Part shown: positions 38,801 to 58,400 of the stretch, piece after piece | Layout of the letters: each line of letters starts with the position of its first letter | Position numbering within the stretch: position 1 is the first letter of the stretch | NCBI RefSeq assembly: GCF_023055435.1 | Contig: NW_025964372.1 | Span: 33,170,001 to 33,234,000 of the forward strand | Length of the DNA: 64,000 nucleotides | Origin: Haliotis rufescens | Lineage: Eukaryota | Reading direction: 5' to 3' | The notes under the pieces: model-generated | Database searches by the model: none | The model's input: the letters and a program-made list of their open reading frames with translations, nothing else | Told to the model about the DNA's origin: nothing | Position numbers and translations under genes: made by a program

Positions 38801-41800
38801 ACACAGGGTATTCCGAACGATAGTTACAGGTATAACGACTGAATCCATACAATCTAGACCATCTATTAGCCATTCAAGAATGTTCTTTTGTTTAGGTTTC
38901 AAATTTGTGTTTCGAAGCGTAGTCGCCAATTTGAAATTAGTGCCGTAATGCACAAGAAAGCTGCCTTCTGATTGGTCATTCTATTGGTCGGTCAAAGTTT
39001 GCGCAAGGTCGGTCTGACATGACCCGTAATGGGATGTCCTCAGATCTTTGTTTAGCGGTAGCGAGAACTAAGGTCTGATTTTAATGAGATTTGACTTTGA
39101 CTTTGCTGTGAATTCTGATGATGTTTCTATGTCAAGATACTTTTCAAATCATTGTCAATGACACTTCCAGATGGTGTCGAACCCCCACCAGTTCGATGTG
39201 ATGGTCATGCCTAACCTGTACGGCAACATCCTTGACAACTTGGCAGCAGGGCTGGTCGGCGGTGCCGGTGTTGTACCAGGAGAGAGCTACAGCAAGGATG
39301 TTGCCATCTTTGAGCAGGTATGTCACATTTCAGAGAAAATATTAAGCAAATGAATGTTTTGAGTTCTCCAATAGGGTGGTGGTAGCCTTGCAGCAGTTTC
39401 ACATCGGTTCCTGTCCATGTCATCACCTCCTGTCGGGGTACATTCATGAACGTGGGTTCTAGGATGTGAAGTTGACATGCCGGAATAAAACTGGAATACT
39501 GTTCAAAGAAGTGTTAAACCCAACACGCTCACTCACTCACTTCCTGTCCATGTCATCACCTCCTGTCCATGTCATCACTTCCTGTCCATGTCATCATGTC
39601 CTGTCCATGTCATCACTTCCTGTCCATGACATAATATCCTGTCCATGTCATCACTGCCTGTCCATGTCATCACTTCCTGTCCATGACATCATTTCCTGTC
39701 CATGTCATCACTTCCTGTCCATGTCATCACTTCCTGTCCATGACATCATTTCCTGTCGGTGACATCATTTCCTGTCCATGTCATCACTTCCTGTCCATGT
39801 CATCACCTCCTGTCCATGTCATAACTTCCTGTCCATGTCATCACCTCCTGTCCATGACATAATATCCTGTCCATGTCATCACTGCCTGTCCATGTCATCA
39901 CTTCCTGTCCATGACATCATGTCCTGTCCATGTCATCACTTTCTGTCCATGTCATCACTTCCTGTCCATGACATCATTTCCTGTCCATGTCATCACTTCC
40001 TGTCCATGTCATCACCTCCTGTCCATGTCATCACTTCCTGTCCATGACATCATTTCCTGTCCATGTCATCCCTTCCTGTCCATGTCAACACTTCCTGTCC
40101 ATGACATCATATCCTGTCCATGTCATCACTGCCTGTCCATGTCATCACTTCCTGTCAATGTCATCACTTCCTGTCCATGACATCATTTCCTGTCCATGTC
40201 ATCACTTTATGTTAACAGGGTGCCCGCCATGCTTTTGCTGAGGCTGTAGGGAAGAACATCGCCAACCCAACTGCCGTCCTGCTTAGCGCTTGTAACATGC
40301 TCAAACACATTCACCTGGAGTACCACTCTAAGCTCATCGAGGAGGCTGTCATCCGTGTCATCAAGACTGGCAAGGTCAGTAGATATGAGCATGTTTGTTC
40401 ACTTGTTTAATGCCGCACTCAGCAACCAGTGGTCTGTAAATAAACAAGTCTGGACTGACAATCCAGTGATTGGTATCATGAGAATCAATCCACGCAAGTG
40501 GGAAACACTGACACGTATCAACCAAGTCAGCGAGCCTGACCACCCGATCCTGGGTTGCATGGGTTGTTGAAGACCAATTCTAACCCCGATCTCAATCATG
40601 GAAGTCCCATGACATACGACAGACCATTTCAAATCTGTCTCATCCTATTGGTGTTCATCACCAGTCATGGATTCCTAATTTCTAATTTGGAACCTTCTGA
40701 TTGAATTAATATCATGCAAAGAGTTTGTGATTGATGAGTTATAGTAGAGCAGTGATGCAGCCATTCATTTATTTATTCATTAAAAAATTGACATAGTTGA
40801 AACTAAAGGATTGATAATCCAGTTTATTATATCTTTACTCTATAATGATAGTTACCCTAGACCCATTAGCCATCATCAACTTTCATTTTGAGTCCAATTC
40901 AAAATATTTCACACTAAAAACAGCCATCAGTTCTCAGTCTGTGCCTAAAACTTTGGAGACTAGTAGCATGAAACACAGATCTTAGTGGGGCACGGGTGGC
41001 CCAGTCGTCTAAGGCGCGGCGATTCATGTGCAGAGTTGCGTCCCTTGGGCACGCCAGAAACCTATGATTGTGGATACGAAACCCGGTTCGCCCCGATTAT
41101 GTTTCTAGGTTTGTCAGCACCATACCCATGCTCGTGGGTTTCACCGAAGTGGTAAACGTCTGAGACCTGCATCACTCCGGGCTTTCCTCCCACATTAAGC
41201 TGACACGCCGCGATATAACTGGAATACTGTTAAAAGCGGCTAAAACCCAACTCACTCACTCACAGATCTTAGCATCATTTTCATTAGATTTCAGTGTTAT
41301 TATTTGGACTATTATTTGTTGAGCTTACTAGACGGAACAGACTTTTACTTGATTCAGGGCTTCGTACTAGTGGCTTGTCTGGAAGTCACAGACTGGAAGC
41401 TTTGTGCAAAGCTACTGATAAGATAGATGGAGGCGATGACATCGCTTCCTATAGGAGACTATGGTAGCAGATGGGTCCTGGTTATTTATTCTAATACAGT
41501 CAAGTCCCAATAATCCAACATTGTTGGTTGCATATGATTATATGTCTAAATTTAAGGAGTATGTTGGATAAACGGAATTGAGTAGTATCAACGTTCGTGA
41601 TCGAAAATCAGACAACTACACAAAAGATAACGATACAAACACCAGAGACCGCAAAGCTTAAGAAAGCTGCTCTCTAAGTGGCTAACATTTACCTCCTGTT
41701 AGTCATTTCATTGGTCGGTCATAGTTCACGAAAGGTTGTTCTGACGTGACCTGTGATGGGATGTCCTCGGCGATAGCAAGAACTTGTATCTGATTTTAAT

Positions 41801-42339
41801 GAGATTGGGGTAATCTAAGCATGTGATTAGTCTTGTTTTCTTTATTTAAAGCATTAATTGTTTATTGTTAAGCAAGTTTATCTCTGCAGCAGTTGTAATA
41901 TGCAGCTACCAGCCGGTTAGTCTCGTATCAAAACACGGGCTGTGTACTCACGGGCAGATGACCATGGAGTACGCAGATCACTGTGTCGGATTAACGAGAC
42001 TGATTAATTAGTGATTTCGATAATTTGTTGCAAATTAGGTGTGTCGGAGTCTGAGTGTCAGACTGTCGGATTAACGGGTCTAAATAGCACTGATTTAATC
42101 GGTTCTCATCATTAGTGTCGGATAAAGCCGATGGTCGGATTAACGAGTGTCGGATTAACAAGACTTGACTGTACCGAGTAAATATACTACAACGGATATC
42201 GAGGAGGAAACTGAAGGTATTGACCTATAGCTACAGCTGTTGTATAAACATGTGACTTTCTCCCCAGATACGCACCAAGGACATGGGTGGTTACGGATCC
42301 ACCAGTGACTTCATCAAGGCCGTAGTGCACAGTCTGTAG
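29840..42339 (+). CDS. IDH3B: NAD-dependent isocitrate dehydrogenase subunit beta, mitochondrial, about 389 aa, 10 coding exons
   Basis: Exons 29840-29914, 31282-31341, 32126-32274, 33314-33454, 34108-34240, 37286-37419, 37983-38085, 39171-39317, 40219-40374 and 42268-42339 (1170 nt). Motifs [90 protein letters not shown] match the beta subunit. Confidence 0.95.
34292..34850. repeat. About 40-bp minisatellite with alternating two-unit (about 81-bp) structure, IDH3B intron 5
   Basis: Alternating CACCATGTTGAGCTAAGTAGGTCATTTCTCAAGCTTATTA and CACCATGGTGAGATAAGTAGGTCGTATCCCAAGTTTGTCT. Confidence 0.9.
35083..37213. repeat. 85-bp minisatellite, about 25 units, IDH3B intron 5
   Basis: Highly homogeneous unit GGCATCACCAYTGCCTTCTTATTGTTTGCTTGTGGTAAAAGCTGTGACATGCTCTTGGTCATACAGACAATGGTTCATGAACTAT. 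Confidence 0.97.
38626..39093. mobile_element. MITE with long TIRs and 8-9-bp TSD (AcademH-like, tentative)
   Basis: TIR CAATCTCATCAAAATCAGACCTTAGTTCTC...GAGAACTAAGGTCTGATTTTAATGAGATTTG, flanked by ACTTTGAC on both sides. Confidence 0.75.
39539..40207. repeat. 19-bp minisatellite, about 35 units, IDH3B intron 8
   Basis: Unit CCTGTCCATGTCATCACTT. One or two further units near 39408-39434 are separated by a SINE fragment. Confidence 0.95.
40986..41260 (+). mobile_element. tRNA-derived SINE, family C, with TSD
   Basis: tRNA-like head GGGGCACGGGTGGCCCAGTCGTCTAAGGCG, (CACT)n tail, 12-bp TSD CACAGATCTTAG (40974-40985 / 41261-41272). Related copies near 4510-4785, 21160-21320, 25000-25200, 28330-28548, 38424-38605 and 56340-56500. 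Confidence 0.88.
41497..42171. mobile_element. Tc1/mariner-type MITE (same family as 23299-23898)
   Basis: TA-flanked CAGTCAAGTC...GACTTGACTG. Confidence 0.85.
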
Positions 42340-45300
42340 CTTCCTCCATCAAACTCCTTTAGTCGTTTATTTATTGTTGTTGTCAAATAAACATAAACAC
42401 TTAAATGCCCAGTGTACATTAACAACTTGTAAGGAAATTGTGGTCATAATTCCAGTATTGTTAGCAAGATTCAATGTGTACATCGGAAATTATTAATCTT
42501 GTTTCCTGTGAAAATGCAATGTTGACTGATCAAGATTATTCCGGTCTGTCACAACCATCAGCTGGTGAAGAAACAGGCTGATGTTTAGGGTCAAAGCACT
42601 TGTGGTAAATTGTTGAGAAATAATCACTGATCTAAACTACGTTGTTTTTTAAAGATGCACTCATGTGCAATAGTGTTTTTTTGGTGATGTCAAATTTTGT
42701 TCATGTGTATTTTTGTTTCGGTAAATGAAATGAGGATGAATACTGATGAATCTCACTTTGATATTTCTACGTTTTGTTTTTGAATATTTTAAAGGTACCA
42801 GATTTCTGTAGTTGGCTGATTGATGTCACCTGAAATATTTAACACACATTAATGGAGAAGCTTTTCCCCTGTGTGGCAATGTGCATAGACAGACATTGTG
42901 TAGATGGAACAGTGGGACAATCTATACTGTTCTGCTTTCATAGAAATATTTTCATCTCGCCATGATACACAACACCGACTCTCATAGGTCAAGTGTATAT
43001 TCAAACAGAATATATCTCATTATCCCTATCAAAAGTTGAGTAGTATACATTCAAATGATATAAAGAACTGTTCCTGAAACTATCCTATAAGAATCATTGA
43101 GGAATGGTCTCTGTTCATGTTCTTGTTTTATACTAGAATGGTTTAAAGTAACTTCAGTTTCAGATGCACTTTCAAAGAGTTTACAAATGTACCAGTACGG
43201 GTTTACCATACTGCGATCTTGTGAAATTGAGTAATTTATTATTCATTGAATATTTTCTATTTTCTGCATTTACAGGTTATTAAAGATGTATACTGATATT
43301 TAAGATTGATTTAGATCTATGAAACTGTACATTGTTTGTGTACAGACTGTTATCACATTTATACCCTGTACAGATATACTGAACCAGTGAAAGGCCATGA
43401 TAAGCTCATCATTAGATTTTCATCAAACTTTTAAAAAAATGTGAGGCAGGAGACTGTTTAAAGGATTATCAAATAAACTAACTTTTCAAGGCATCTGTGT
43501 CAATTGTTGATGGATGTGATTTGCACTATGTATATGATGTAGTTCATCAATTGTTTGTTTGTTGTTTAACGCCGCACTCAGCAGTATTACAGCTATATGA
43601 CGGCGGTCTGTAAATAATCGAATCTGGACCAGACAATCCAGTGATTGACATCATGAGCAATTGGGATACAATGACATGCATCAACCAAGTCAGCGAGCCT
43701 GACCACCCGATCCCGTTAGTCGCCTCTTATGACAACCATAGTCACCTTTTGCGTCAAGCATGGGTTGATGAGACACAGTGATTTTGTCTGTATATACGTG
43801 TGTGGAAAATAAGATGTTCAGAATTTGGTAGCTAGGCAAGTGAGAATGAAAATCTAACATGTAACCTATCATGGTCTAACCTAAGATTGTAGATAACACC
43901 ATTTGTTGTCGGTGTATTATCTTTCATTTTGTTTTGTTTTGTTAATAAAACATATACCAAAGCAACAAGATTACATTTTGTTATCCTCATGTTGTCCAGG
44001 AAAGCCACAACAGTCACCAAGTAGAATATGTGAGATTTATTTCAACATATACAGGGAATTGTAAGTGATGCTGTGTCGTCGGTATGTAGAAGTGACAGGA
44101 CGGATCAAGTATACAGATACGGTTCTGGGGATCAGAACGAAATAATTACAAACATGAATTCATTAAAACAAGGGCAAACATCATAAACTGATTTCCTTGA
44201 AAATATATCAGATCTACAGAACAGACACTTCCTACAACTTCATTAAACTGGTTACATATTTATACTGCAGTTGAACAGACATTAGTAACATTCTTGACAC
44301 GTGGACTAAGACAAACACTTTTTATAGTATATCTATCCTAACAATAAATATCTTAATAACTTTCACATGTATATATAGCTTTAGGTACAGGTAAAAAGAG
44401 AACTATGCATTTCGTTTGAAGACATTTTGATATTATTCAGTGATAGAAACTAACTGTTTTAGTCCACTATTCCTTAGAATGATAACATATAGCAAACCCC
44501 TTAATAATGGCAAATTTCTACAAGTCCTTATGATACCTTAACTATTGGCCAGTTTGGCAAGGACTATAGGACTAGTGCCAATTTCTAACGCTGTTATTTG
44601 GCAATAAAATAAACAATTAACATTACAAAATTTCAGTGAAACATTTTTGCTGAACACAGCAGTAATTTATTTAATAACTTCTAGCAACTTTTCAATTTCT
44701 AATCATCATTCAAAAGTGGCTTCCACAGGAGATTCCTCTTGGGTGAGATATCTCTACAAGGAAATTGCATAACAATGCTTTGTGAACCACTGTGATGGCA
44801 TCAGTCAGCATGACATCACACTCAAATGACATCAGTAATCTCTCTGCCACTGATGCTGGCCAGCTGTACTGTTTACTCACAAGCCATAGAGGTGAGATTC
44901 TCCATGTGTTCTCTTATCAGTTTCCATTCCTCATCTTTAGGGAGTCCATTAATATGGTGAAATAATAGGATTTCAACTGGAAACGGGACTTGTGTAGAAT
45001 TGTGACATGAACAAAATAAATTTCTAACAGCACAGGACAATTATTACCTGGACATCTTCAACATTGTGTACTGTCCTACACCTAACATTTCTTGCAAACA
45101 ACTTGCTCCTCGTCCACAATGAGTATTAAATAACAGAGTCATTAGTATTAATCTTGCTCCACAAGAGAGGATCTGTGTCATGCTGTGGCAGCCTCAACAA
45201 CAGACTACTAAAAAATTGATAAGTTCAAAACAGTGCTCAGTGTCTTATCTAGGGGCTTGATTCCTACACACATCAACAGTATGCAGAGGGGATACGAGCC

Positions 45301-47630
45301 ATACTACTCCAGCAGATTTAACTGACACAAAGTTCATAAACTTGAGACATCTATTTAAAACAAAGGTTGAAAAACCTGTATTACATGTAAAAAGAGAGTA
45401 CTCTACAGTTCATTTTCATACCTTGCAACACGCCCTCCTTGTGTCCAGCTGACAAGATACTATTACCCAGGCAGTATGGCACTGAATCGATGCCTGGTGA
45501 CAGATCCCTCCTTAGGAGGGTCCTAATGGCTTTAACGGATTTAACAGGGATAAGAATTCTTTTAAATCTGATGGCTTCCCCCATAAACACCCCCAAATTA
45601 TGGACCACGTTCAATTGTAAAGAAGTTTCAGCTGAAAAGGTAAATATCCATTCTCATCCCCGTGATGAGTAAAAGACAACTCAAACACATCAGATATCCT
45701 AGAGATTCAAAAGAACACAGGCTGAAATAATGCTTTGTATTGAATATAAATGTCTGCTCATCATCATAACTGAATGTTTTAAACTGTGCTGTTGTTGAGA
45801 TGGCATCAGTTGAAGCTGGTTGGTAAAATGCAAATTCCATGAAAAACAACCCTGAAAGACTATTGCTGTGTTCAGCCATTTACTGTCCAAAAATGATTTC
45901 AAAACCAATTCACGTCCATTTTTATAATTGCTACTCCCTTTTACCTGTAGGGTCTAAATCTGGTAGGTATGAACTATAACGCCCATCCACGTCAACAGGA
46001 ACAAGGTGAGCTACACACAATACAGCAGAACATTAAGGCCTATGTTGGTCTAAGTGTTGGGTTAAAATGTCCCAGTCTCAATAATAAATATGGATGCCAG
46101 GATTTCAACACATTGCAGCCCTCATGAGGACTAGGCTATCTAACAGTGTTAAAAAATAAAAGAGTGTCACAGGTCTTTCAGATTATCTTAATCCGAGGTA
46201 CCTATTAGGGTTATGATAAGGAGCCTTGACTTCAATCCATCATTGAACACTGCTTAACATTGCTGATATTGTCAGGAAAGAGAAATGTGCCCAGTTGTCT
46301 CCCTTGATGGATCATCAGGTGAGGATCTATATTATACTATGCAGACATGTGACCTAATCCCCTTCCCTGGGATTCCACAAGGGCGACGTGGCATCCAATG
46401 GATCTAATCGGATTCCCCTGCCGGGAGTGATGGATGGACAGACAGCTGTTGGACACAACTAGTATGTTGGACGGGAACAGCTGGGAGATGCCAGCCAACC
46501 GGTGAGTTAGCGAGTGTGAGAACAGTAAGAGCACTTCAACATGAAGAACATGGACGGATACGAACACAAAGCAGGAATGATATGGGTCAGCTGGACTGTT
46601 TCCATGGCAACCAGTATCACAAATGATAAAATTACTAAAAGAAAAAGAAGATCTGATAACATTCACGCAATGCACCATCACCTTGCACACACCAGTAGCT
46701 CCTATTCAAAGACTGAAGTACAATGTGAATTTATTGACCAACTCTGTGACAATAGGCACTGATCTAAAGCGGGTGCTTTCTGGTAGTTCAAGGAATGATA
46801 GAATCAAATTGCAGAGATGAATAAAATGATGCTCAAATTTGTTTCTGCAACAAACATTATTTACACTGTACGTAGAACCTGCCCCATATTATGCACAGAT
46901 CATGTATGATAACTATCCTTCCTTCCTGTTATCAAGTATAAAACACCCCACCCATTTAGCAGCATCAGCATCTGATATTAGGATGTAACAATAAATATGT
47001 ATCAGATATACAAATACCCATCACTTAAACGGAATGAACGGTAACATGTAACTGATAGTTGAAACTTTGCAAGTAGAGACTGAAATTGGTCCATATGAGT
47101 TTGACATAAAGGTACAATATTTCAACAACCATCTGCTTTGGAGAATGTAAATGACTCATCCATTCTTTAAACCCTCTGCCGAAAATAGTCCTCCCTTTAG
47201 AATGCCAAAGCATTGAATCGACTTCACTGAGGTCATCTGCACATTCAGTAATACACTGTGTGCAATCTCACAAGAAAAGCATGTTCATAAACTAACGTGA
47301 TATTTAACCGTCTTATAGTCATATAAAAAAAGTAAAATATTTTTCTAAAATGCTTATTTATGAGTGAGCGGACGACGGCTTGGACGGTTATGTCTATCGA
47401 TGATACACTGCAATTATAAAAAGCCCTGTCATAGAAGAATCAGCTACAGTCCATGATAACAATTTGATTTTCTTGCAATTTGATATTCATCTTGCCATGT
47501 GTTTTATGACCTTGACATGTCATTGCCAGGGTAACTTAAGATGACTAAAGATGGAAAGACTCCCCCCTCCCCTCAGTTGACCCCAACTGTGTACAGAATA
47601 ATGTATGATTGTCCTAGATGACAGCTGTCT

Positions 47631-54216
<6,586 letters not shown>

Positions 54217-54343
54217 TTTCGATGGTTTATCTTTGTTCGGGGTAACTACGTGTGACGTCAGGACTTTCTGCGTATTCCTTTTTTCGGCCTTTCCATTAGC
54301 AAGAGTTTGGGAAGGGGGATAACTCTCATCTTTGAAGTGAAAC
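54217..54343. promoter_or_regulatory. Bidirectional promoter ARL3 / SFXN2 with CRE palindrome
   Basis: ARL3 ATG at 54216(-). TGACGTCA at 54253-54260. Plus-strand donor GTGAGT at 54344 plausibly ends a non-coding SFXN2 exon spliced to the acceptor at 55435. Confidence 0.6.
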
Positions 54344-54806
54344 GTGAGTGCAGCCAGTAAAATAATAACACTGTCCCTCTTTAACTTAGTTAATGAATTA
54401 CAACGGCAAACACAACAGAAAAAATTTCACCTGTTTGCAAACGTTTATCACATTATTTACTTAGCTGTTTACAATACACGATGCTATATGCGTTTAGCCT
54501 AATCATGGTCTAATGAACATGTGCACTGACGATGTCTCGCTCTTGTGTATATGAAAACATACTTTGCAGATTTTAACTGGATACAGCAGACAGGTGTAGA
54601 TCTTTATATATAAGTGCATAGAACTTAAGTTAGGTGGTGTCACGATGTCTTCAGTAATATAACAGTAACTAGTACGTGTGGTTCGTGACAGCTATAGAGA
54701 TTCCGTGAAGGACACAGAGCCAGAGGCCTAGAGGTGACAGTATATTTATTTAGGTATCTCTAAGGGTGGGTCTCAGATCAGTTCTGTACACCATTGTAAA
54801 CAGGAG

Positions 54807-55204
54807 TGAAGCAGGGCGTGGAGTCATCCTACAGATGACATCCTTACCTTGTCAGCTTGCTGACGGGGTTAACCTCTTTGGTCATGTGGACAAGGCATCC
54901 GACCTCTGCTCAGAAGGTCCGTAGTTTGAACCCCATCACGGGACTCGGAAATTTTATGGCCGCTACATTGGCGCCCAACGTGGGGCTGAGCACGTTCATA
55001 TTAAATTTGAGCAAAATAAGCCTTAGTACCCTACTATGCGGCCCGGGACGTGCCTTCTGTATGTAGCAGGGCGTGGAGTCATCCTACAGATGACATCCTT
55101 ACCTTTACCTCAGCTTGCTGACGGGGTTAACCTCTTTGGTCATGTTGACAAGGCCTCCGACCTCGGATCCAAAGGTCCGTGGTTCGAATCCCATCACTGG
55201 ACTG
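54807..55204 (+). mobile_element. TRIM (miniature LTR retrotransposon) with tRNA-like sequence inside its LTRs (Helenus-like)
   Basis: Direct repeats 54807-54967 and 55062-about 55204 (3'-truncated). LTR termini TG(T/A)AGC...GCTACA. PBS TGGCGCCCAACGTGGGGC (54969-54986) is complementary to the tRNA-Lys 3' end. A/B-box-like TGGTCATGTKG and GGTTCGAATCC lie inside the LTR. Confidence 0.8.
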
Positions 55205-55449
55205 AAGGAGCATAAAATATTTTGGTATCATTTCCAACAATTTGAGTGGCAGATAAGGGAAGCATATATTTCATAATGCAGCTTTCCAATCAGTCCATTA
55301 TCAAGGACAATGAAGGATATTTAAAGTGTTCTAATTATTATTCCCACAAGTTGTAATGATAAATGTCCTTGCGAAGACGATGTGAGGTATGAGAAGGTTA
55401 ACCGTCACATGACCATCTCATCCTTGTCTTTGCAGGATCAGACTCTGCC

Positions 55450-58400
55450 ATGTTGGGGAGAATTGACCTGGATGCTCCACGATGGAATCAGGGGACATTC
55501 CTCGGACGACTTAAGTACTTCTTCTGGGTCACTGACCCACGACTGACCATGCTCCCAACACGCCAGTTTCATGAGGCCAAGACTCTACTAGAGCAGTACA
55601 GGTGAGGCTTGTATCATGTGTACCCGTATGAAAGCACGCCTCAACCTGTATTCCAGATTTTTTAGCATACCTTGTTTTGGGATCACTGCAGATATCACTG
55701 GGACAAAGTTTGTTTGTTTGCTTGTTTGTGGTTTAACGCTGGGCTTAGAAATATTCAAGCTATATGACTGTGGTCTATAAATAATCATGTCTGGAAAAGA
55801 TAGCCCAGTGATTGTGATCATGAGCTTCGATCTTCGCAATTGGGTTTTCATGACATGCATCAACCAAGTTTGCAAGTATGACCACCAGATCCTGTTTGTC
55901 ACCTCTAAGACAAGCATGGGTTGCTGAAGACCAATTGTAACCCGGATCTTAACGGGTGTGGTACATTGTCAGTATACCACAGGTCTTGGTCCAGCTGTCC
56001 AATCATCCTTCCTTTACAAGGAACGTATTGCTCTTTATCTCCTAATCTGCGGACTTTGTATATCATTGTTACAAAACATTTTCCAGGCTACAAAAGTTGT
56101 TTTTTTATTTTGGATGAATAAACATTTTCAACATGGTTGTCGCAACAGAAAAGTTTAGAAAAGAAATTCTGTTCTTGTTATCCAAGATGAGGGCACCACA
56201 ATTTTTTGAGAGAGTTGCCTCCCTTATCTGTGTCAGCATTCGCTGGGCTTGGGTTCAAATCCCAAATTGACCAATATCATGAGGCTGGGTTTGTCATGCT
56301 CTTAGGTCAATGGTGGCCTTTAGACATGCCTGGAACCAGTGAACATGGGTTCTAGTCTTAGATTCAACCTGATTCTGATTCTAGGTTTGTCAGCACCAAA
56401 CCCAAGCTGAGAGTTTTCAACAAAATGGTAGACGTTTGAGACCTGCATCACTCCTGGCTTTCCTGCCACATTAAAAATACTGTCAAAAGAGGTATTAAAG
56501 GGCATGTGAAGTCACTATAGCAACTATGCTACACACGTAACAGATGCTATATTTGGAATAACACTTTCTTAGTAAAGTACAGATTCTCGTACTTTTTTTT
56601 ATACTTGGCATTGTGTATTCATATGCTACACACATTCAACAATGTATGCAATGTGATTATTTTGGTTGGATTAACAGTAATAACTGGAACAGTATACCGT
56701 ATTTGACGTAATAAGTGCCCAAGGCAATATTTGCTAATATATTGGCTAGTGAAAATCCCAGTTAGCACCCCTTCCGATTGATCAATGTACACAAGACTTA
56801 TTTATTCGTGTATAATATGTGTGTTATATGCATCCTTAATTATGGGAAATTAAATTCTGGAAAAAAATATCTGTCGTATATATATAAACATTTCAGGCTG
56901 TCAGCATAAACCACGAAATTTACGATCTTTCAACTCTGTTGTTTTTAACCAAAATAATATTCTATTTCTAATTTTGAGTGTGCCCTGGGCACTTATTATG
57001 TTGAATACTGTATGTATAATGGCTAAGAATCACAAGATAGATAAAAGTGGCAAACATTGATCAGCCAAGGAAAACAGTTGTCACCTCTACACTGGCAGCT
57101 TTACGCCATATCCTCAAATACTTTTTGAGGGGAAGCCGATTACGGAGCGTGTGATTTCAGCACTTTCACTTGGACATTTAAATACTATTTACAAAATTAT
57201 GAATTTTGCTCTCAACGAAATTGACTAGATGTACCTAGGAAATAGTGATATTCACAACAAAATCACAATCATTCTTTTTCATTTTACTTGCCCTTTAAAA
57301 CCATCTCACTCATTCACTAATTATAGAATTGTCTGGGTCTGTTAATAGCAGATTGTCTATTGTATAGCTAGGGAGTTCTGTGATGTATCACTCCACAATT
57401 CTCGCCAGCTCACTTCAATGTTGTCTGTAGGCGGGGTGAGGAACCACCCAACACATCCCCCACCAGCGTCCGCCAAGCCCAGCAGCTGTATCTCTCTGCC
57501 TTCCACCCCGACTCCGGGGACCTGCAGAACGTGATTGGTCGGATGTCCTTCCAAGTCCCGGGTGGCATGATCCTCATCGGAGCCATGATAACCTTCTACA
57601 AGTAGGTGGGATATACACTGGTAACATTCTACAAGTAGGTGGGATATACACCGGTAACATTGTACAAGTAGGTGGGATATACACCGGTAACATTGTACAA
57701 GTAGGTGGGATATACACTGGTAACATTGTACAAGTAGGTGGGATATACACTGGTAACATTCAACAAGTAGGTGGGATATATACTGGTAACATTCTACAAG
57801 TAGGTGGGATATACACTGGTAACATTCTACAAGTAGGTGGGATATATACTGGTAACATTCTACAAGTAGCATGAGTAGGTGGGATATACACTGGTAACAT
57901 TCTACAAGTAGGTGGGATATACACTGGTAACATTCTACAAGTAGGTGGGATATACACTGGTAACATTCTACAAGTAGGTGGGATATACATGGTAACATTC
58001 TACAAGTAGGTGGGATATACACTGGTAACATTCTACAAGTAGGTGGGATATACACTGGTAACATTCTACAAGTAGCATGAGTAGGTGGGATATATACTGG
58101 TAACATTCTACAAGTAGGTGGGATATACACTGGCAGCATTCTACAAGTAGGTGGGATATACACCGGTAACATTGTACAAGTAGGTGGGATATACACCGGT
58201 AACATTCTACAAGTAGGTGGGATATACACCGGTAACATTGTACAAGTAGGTGGGATATACACCAGTAACATTGTACAAGTAGGTGGGATATACACTGGTA
58301 ACATTGTACAAGTAGGTGGGATATACACTGGTAACATTCTACAAGTAGGTGGGATATACACCGGTAACATTGTACAAGTAGGTGGGATATACACTGGTAA

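Noticed and set aside
39466-40241. Metallothionein-like Cys/His-rich ORFs
   Set aside because: Translation of the 19-bp satellite in an IDH3B intron.
54233-54246. RFX X-box upstream of ciliary gene ARL3
   Set aside because: Only the GGTAAC half-site fits the consensus.
54969-54990. tRNA-Lys gene on the minus strand
   Set aside because: Only about 18-19 nt including the CCA complement, placed just after an LTR end; better explained as a primer-binding site.
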